In this document: piece after piece, positions 59,713 to 64,000 of the stretch | How positions within the stretch are numbered: position 1 is the stretch's first letter | How the letters are laid out: every line of letters begins with the position of its first letter | From: Eubacteriales bacterium | Lineage (GTDB): Bacteria > Bacillota > Clostridia > Oscillospirales > CAG-272 | Assembly (NCBI GenBank): GCA_045122255.1 | Contig: JBGVHJ010000014.1 | Coordinates: 36,719-100,718, forward strand | Reading direction: 5' to 3' | DNA length: 64,000 bases | Position numbers and translations under genes: made by a program | The notes under the pieces: model-generated | Database searches by the model: none | What the model was told of the DNA's origin: nothing | The model's input: only the letters and a program-made list of their open reading frames with translations

Positions 59713-61923
59713 ATGGCAAAGAAAAAGAAACAAAACGAAATAGAAGAAATCGTTTATGCCCCGATATTGCCTCAGCCTATAACCGAAACAATCGAGAAAA
59801 ACTATATGCCCTATACCATGAGCGTTATAGTTTCGCGTGCCATTCCCGAGATCGACGGATTCAAGCCCGCACACAGAAAGATCCTTTATACAATGTACAA
59901 TATGGGGCTTCTGAAGGGCGCAAGAACCAAGAGCGCAAATATAGTCGGTTCGGTAATGAAGCTTCACCCTCACGGCGACCAATCGATATATGAAACGATG
60001 GTTCGTCTTACCCGCGGCAACGAGACGCTTCTTCACCCCTTCGTGGACTCCAAGGGTAACTTCGGTAAGCAATATTCTTCCGAAACTAAATTTGCGGCAC
60101 CCCGTTACACCGAGGCAAAGCTTGATCCTTTTTGCGAGACCCTCTTTACGGGTATCGATAAAAATGCCGTTGAAATGGTAGATAACTACGACGGAACTAT
60201 GAAGGAGCCAAGGCTTCTTCCTACTGCGTTCCCGAACATCCTTGTCTCGCCAAACAGCGGTATTGCCGTTGGTATGGCTTCGGATATTTGTTCCTTCAAT
60301 CTTGCTGAAATATGTGACGGTACCGTTGCAATTTTGAAGAAGCCCAATATTTCGGTTGAAAAGATTATGGAGATAATAAAAGCTCCCGATTTTCCCGGAG
60401 GCGGTCAGATAATCTATGATTATGAGCAGATGAGATCTATTTATGAGACCGGCGACGGCTCCTTCAAGATCCGCTCAAGATATACCTACGATGCTTCTGC
60501 CAATTGCATAGATATATACCAGATACCTTACTCCACAACCATCGAGCAGATACTTAACAAGGTGTCCGCATTGGTCAAGGAAGGAAAGCTCAAGGAGGTC
60601 GTGGACTTCAGAGACGAGACCGACAAGGAAGGTCTGAAGCTTACCCTTGATCTTCGCAAGGGTGTTGACCCCGACAAGCTTATGCAGAAGCTTTATAGAT
60701 CTACTCCTCTTGAGAACAGCTTCAAGTGTAATTTCAATATAATTATTGATGCCGAACCCCGTCAGCTTGGCGTGATCGATATACTCACCGAATGGATCGC
60801 ATTCCGAATGGGTTGTCTCAGTCGCGAGCTTGAATACGATCTTGGCAAGAAGAAGGACAAGCTTCATCTGCTTCTGGGTCTTGGTAAGATACTTCTCGAT
60901 ATCGATAAAGCTATCAGAATAATCCGTAAGACCGAAAAGGATGAGGACGTTATACCCAACCTTTGCGCAGGCTTCTCTATTGATGAGATCCAGGCAAACT
61001 ATATTGCCGAGATCAAGCTGAGAAATCTTAACCGAGAGTATATTATCAACAGAATTTCCGAGATCGAGGATCTTAAAAAGGAGATCGCCGAGATCGAGGA
61101 GATACTCGCCGACGAGTTCAAGCTTAAGGCTCTAATTGCAAGCCAGCTTATGGACATCAAGAAAAAGTACGGTCAGCCCAGAAAGACTCAGATCATACAT
61201 TCCGATACCATTGAAACCTACGTTGAAGAAAACGAGGTTGAAAACTATCCTTGTAAGATAGTTCTTTCCAAGGAGGGATACTTCAAGAAGATCACCTACC
61301 GTTCTCTTCAGGGCAACGACGAGCAGTATTTCAAGGACGGAGACGGTCTCAGACAGATATTCGATGCCGAAAATAAGGATACTGTATTCTTCTTTACCGA
61401 TCACGGTCAGCTTTACAGAGCCGCTATTGACGATTTTGAAAACTGTAAGGCTTCCGTAATAGGTCAGTTCGTTCCTTCGGAATTGAAGATGGATCCCGGC
61501 GAAAAGCCTGTGTTCATGACCGTTCAAAGCGAGTTCAGAGAAGGTTATAATTACGTATTTGTATTTGAAAACGGTAAGGGAGTTAAGGTTCCCGAAAAGG
61601 CTTACGAGACTTCAAGCATACGCAGAAAGCTGAAGGGTGTATTCTCTACCGCATCTCCCATAGTTGCGGTCTTCTCCGAAAATGAAAAGAAGCCGTTTGA
61701 AATCATGATGATCTCAAACGACAAGAAGGCTATTGTATTCAAGTCATCACTTATTCCCGTAAAGACTACCAAGACGTCGGTTGGAGTGCAGCTGATGACG
61801 CTGAAAAAGAATCAGACCGTTGTTGCGGCAAGAGACGACTTTGATAATAATTCTGATAGCACGAAGGGATATAAAAAGCTTAAGCTTCCCGCTTCCGGTT
61901 CTCCACTCAATACTAAAGATTAA
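59713..61923 (+). CDS. Type IIA topoisomerase subunit A (ParC/GyrA-like, divergent)
   Basis: RAIPEIDGFKP, HPHGD, AAPRYTE and GIAVGMA motifs; no GyrA-box seen. Confidence 0.9.
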   Translation: MAKKKKQNEIEEIVYAPILPQPITETIEKNYMPYTMSVIVSRAIPEIDGFKPAHRKILYTMYNMGLLKGARTKSANIVGSVMKLHPHGDQSIYETMVRLTRGNETLLHPFVDSKGNFGKQYSSETKFAAPRYTEAKLDPFCETLFTGIDKNAVEMVDNYDGTMKEPRLLPTAFPNILVSPNSGIAVGMASDICSFNLAEICDGTVAILKKPNISVEKIMEIIKAPDFPGGGQIIYDYEQMRSIYETGDGSFKIRSRYTYDASANCIDIYQIPYSTTIEQILNKVSALVKEGKLKEVVDFRDETDKEGLKLTLDLRKGVDPDKLMQKLYRSTPLENSFKCNFNIIIDAEPRQLGVIDILTEWIAFRMGCLSRELEYDLGKKKDKLHLLLGLGKILLDIDKAIRIIRKTEKDEDVIPNLCAGFSIDEIQANYIAEIKLRNLNREYIINRISEIEDLKKEIAEIEEILADEFKLKALIASQLMDIKKKYGQPRKTQIIHSDTIETYVEENEVENYPCKIVLSKEGYFKKITYRSLQGNDEQYFKDGDGLRQIFDAENKDTVFFFTDHGQLYRAAIDDFENCKASVIGQFVPSELKMDPGEKPVFMTVQSEFREGYNYVFVFENGKGVKVPEKAYETSSIRRKLKGVFSTASPIVAVFSENEKKPFEIMMISNDKKAIVFKSSLIPVKTTKTSVGVQLMTLKKNQTVVAARDDFDNNSDSTKGYKKLKLPASGSPLNTKD

Positions 61924-61950
61924 TAAAAAAAGATATTTGAGGTGATTAAA

Positions 61951-62055
61951 ATGTTCAAAAAATTATGGGTCAGAATTTTAGCCATCGTTCTCGTTGGACT
62001 TATGGCTCTCAGCGCTGCATACGTTTCGATAGCAATTATAATAAGCATGCTTTAA
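61951..62055 (+). CDS. 34-aa single-TM peptide (not in the ORF track)
   Basis: GAGGTG RBS; MFKKLWVRILAIVLVGLMALSAAYVSIAIIISML. Confidence 0.7.
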   Translation: MFKKLWVRILAIVLVGLMALSAAYVSIAIIISML

Positions 62056-62123
62056 ATTTTGCGCGCTAATGATTCTTAGCCAAACGGTACTGCTGATGTG
62101 TTGCCGAAAGGTTTGAAACGATG

Positions 62124-62165
62124 AAAATAGGGGATCAGTGTTTGGTGTCTGATCCCCTATTTTTT
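62124..62165. terminator. Bidirectional terminator
   Basis: AAAATAGGGGATCAG/CTGATCCCCTATTTT. Confidence 0.85.
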
Positions 62166-62183
62166 GCTTTAACACATTATCAA

Positions 62184-62438
62184 TTATTCGATCTCACAAG
62201 TATCACTATTTAAAATTATGGTGTCTACTTCACCGTCTCCGGTCGTGTCAAGCATTATTGCATCAACCTCGCCGTCGCCGTCAAAGTCTAAATTCCCGAG
62301 AACGATCGATTTTGCTTTCTTTACTTTTTTATTAATGAAAAAGTATGCTCCAACGACTGCGCCGGCAACTGCGATGACTATTGCGGATACTATGAGGATG
62401 ATCTTTACGGTTGATCTTGTATTGTCGTTATTATTCAT
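62184..62438 (-). CDS. Small membrane-anchored protein with two DxDxDG-type Ca-binding-like motifs
   Basis: AGGAG RBS; TM helix; DFDGDGEVD and DTTGDGEVD. Confidence 0.75.
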   Translation of the reverse strand: MNNNDNTRSTVKIILIVSAIVIAVAGAVVGAYFFINKKVKKAKSIVLGNLDFDGDGEVDAIMLDTTGDGEVDTIILNSDTCEIE

Positions 62439-62591
62439 TAATAAACTCCTTACAAATTATTTTACATATTAATTATATCATCTCGTTAAATAAATTATGT
62501 GAATATCTTGTAAATATTATTCACATAATAACAACTTGGTGATAATTATGGTGCATTAAAGTCAAATAATCATAAAAAAGGAGAAAATTAA

Positions 62592-63542
62592 ATGAATTAC
62601 AGTGAGACAAATATTCGGTCCTGCGCAATAATCGGTTGCGGAAACGTGGGGGCGGCAACCGCATATGCTCTTATGCATAGTAAGCTTCTTTCCAGATTGG
62701 TGTTGATCGACATTAATAAGAAAAAGGCGATCGGAGAGGCGGAGGATATTTCCCACGCACTTCCCTTCAACTCCCCTATGGAAATAGTTGCTGGGGAATA
62801 CTCTGATCTTGCAGATTGCGGTATAATCATTATAACCGCCGGTGTAAATCAGATGCCGGATCAAAGCAGACTTGATCTTTTGCAAAAAAACGCTAAGATT
62901 TTTCGCGGAATCGTTGACAGTGTAAAAGAATATAACCGAGACGCCTTGCTTTTGGTGGTAACAAATCCCGTCGATATACTGACTTATATCACTCTGGAGG
63001 AATCAGAATTTCCTGCATCGAGAGTTATCGGATCGGGGACGGTGCTTGATACTGCAAGGCTTAAAGAGCTGGTAGGCAGATATCTAGGTGTTGACAGCCG
63101 AAACGTGCATTCCTTCGTCATAGGTGAGCACGGAGACAGTGAGGTGGCGGTGTGGAGTAGCGCAAACGTTTCGGGAATTGATCTTGATAGCTATTGTAAA
63201 GAGCGAAAGATGGAATTCGACCGTTCGGCACTTGATCGCCTCAGCGCCGAGGTTATGACCAGCGCATACAGAATTATTGAGGCTAAGGGTGCGACCTATT
63301 ACGGAATTGCGGATTCTATACGAAGAATAGTGTCTGCAATCGTAAATGACGAGCACACGATCCTGCCGGTTTCGACAAAGCTTTCGGGAGAATACGGAGT
63401 TTACGGAGTATGTATGGGAATTCCCTGTATTGTTGGCAGAAACGGTATTGAGCAGATACTTGAGATACCGCTTGACGAACGCGAACGTGCCCGTTTGAAT
63501 GATTCCGCCAACTCGCTTAAGGATGTAATTGAAAAGCTTTGA
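62592..63542 (+). CDS. ldh: L-lactate dehydrogenase
   Basis: IIGCGNVG, AGVNQ, SRLDL, NPVD, GEHGDS and KGATYYG motifs. Confidence 0.93.
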   Translation: MNYSETNIRSCAIIGCGNVGAATAYALMHSKLLSRLVLIDINKKKAIGEAEDISHALPFNSPMEIVAGEYSDLADCGIIIITAGVNQMPDQSRLDLLQKNAKIFRGIVDSVKEYNRDALLLVVTNPVDILTYITLEESEFPASRVIGSGTVLDTARLKELVGRYLGVDSRNVHSFVIGEHGDSEVAVWSSANVSGIDLDSYCKERKMEFDRSALDRLSAEVMTSAYRIIEAKGATYYGIADSIRRIVSAIVNDEHTILPVSTKLSGEYGVYGVCMGIPCIVGRNGIEQILEIPLDERERARLNDSANSLKDVIEKL

Positions 63543-63554
63543 CAGGTAAACAAA

Positions 63555-63587
63555 AAGGAGAGATCTTCGAAAAAAGATTCTCTCCTT
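63555..63587. terminator. Bidirectional terminator
   Basis: AAGGAGAGATCTT/AAGATTCTCTCCTT. Confidence 0.75.
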
Positions 63588-63593
63588 ATTATT

Positions 63594-64000
63594 TTAATAT
63601 ACGGCTCTTGATCCACCGATAAATTTCGGTCTTGTATAAGCACAAACAATTGTAGCCTCACCGATCTTATTTACCGAAAGACGAAGCGGAACTGCAACGT
63701 CCTTCAAGTGCATTCCGATAAGCGTAAGACCGATATCAAGTCCTGCATGCGCACGAATATGCTCGACTACTACGGGAGATTCGAAATTCTCATAGGTTAA
63801 TGTAGCGAAGGAGCCTCCTGCCTTGGGCTGAGGAACTACCGCAACTCTCTCATATCCGTATTTTTCTGCACATTCGGCTTCAATTACAAGCGCTCTGTTC
63901 AGATGCTCACAGCACTGGGCGGCGAGAAATACACCCTTTTCTCGGAGCTTTGGGTAAATTGCTTCAAAAACTATCCTTGCGGCTTCAAAGCTTGAACCCT
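63594..64000 (-). CDS. TIGR01440/YwlG (UPF0340) family protein, 5' end outside the window
   Basis: Manual translation gives AAQCCEHLNRALV, PQPKAGGS, GLDIG and RPKFIGGSRAVY-stop. Confidence 0.9.
   Translation of the reverse strand, partial: GSSFEAARIVFEAIYPKLREKGVFLAAQCCEHLNRALVIEAECAEKYGYERVAVVPQPKAGGSFATLTYENFESPVVVEHIRAHAGLDIGLTLIGMHLKDVAVPLRLSVNKIGEATIVCAYTRPKFIGGSRAVY

Noticed and set aside
62093-62123. Hammerhead-like CTGATG...CCGAAAGG...GAAAC
   Set aside because: The core reads CUGAUGU rather than CUGANGA, stem II is poor and no stem I is found

Overview
Chromosomal segment of a spore-forming, Clostridia-like Firmicute (spoIIID, pdaA/pdaB-like deacetylases, sigma-A and mother-cell-type promoters). 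Most of it is housekeeping (dut, proC, rlmB, cmk-like, class A PBP, comEC, acp, ispE, htpG, pgm, dnaE, whiA, murB, coaE, prfA, sua5, type IIA topoisomerase A subunit, ldh). It also carries a COG0523 metal-chaperone pair and an AraC-controlled sugar oxidation cluster. I saw no rRNA, tRNA, CRISPR array, integrase or transposase. The most unusual part is 2021-4666, a 2.6-kb insert bounded by an 11-bp direct repeat (GCGTTTTTTAT). It encodes one in-frame mosaic that resembles a phage large polyvalent protein, with two HExxH zincin domains. Hidden inside that coding sequence are (i) a consensus sense promoter and RBS ahead of an overprinted 63-aa ORF and (ii) two near-perfect antisense sigma-A promoters, each followed by a self-closing structured RNA that ends in a U-tract. 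Other notable items are a ~385-bp nested-palindrome element (850-1238), an ECF sigma cassette between two related hairpins, a degenerate P1B-ATPase-like membrane protein, a pseudo-prephenate dehydratase coupled to htpG, and an unlisted 34-aa membrane peptide. All calls come from reading the sequence and recognising motifs; no searches were run.
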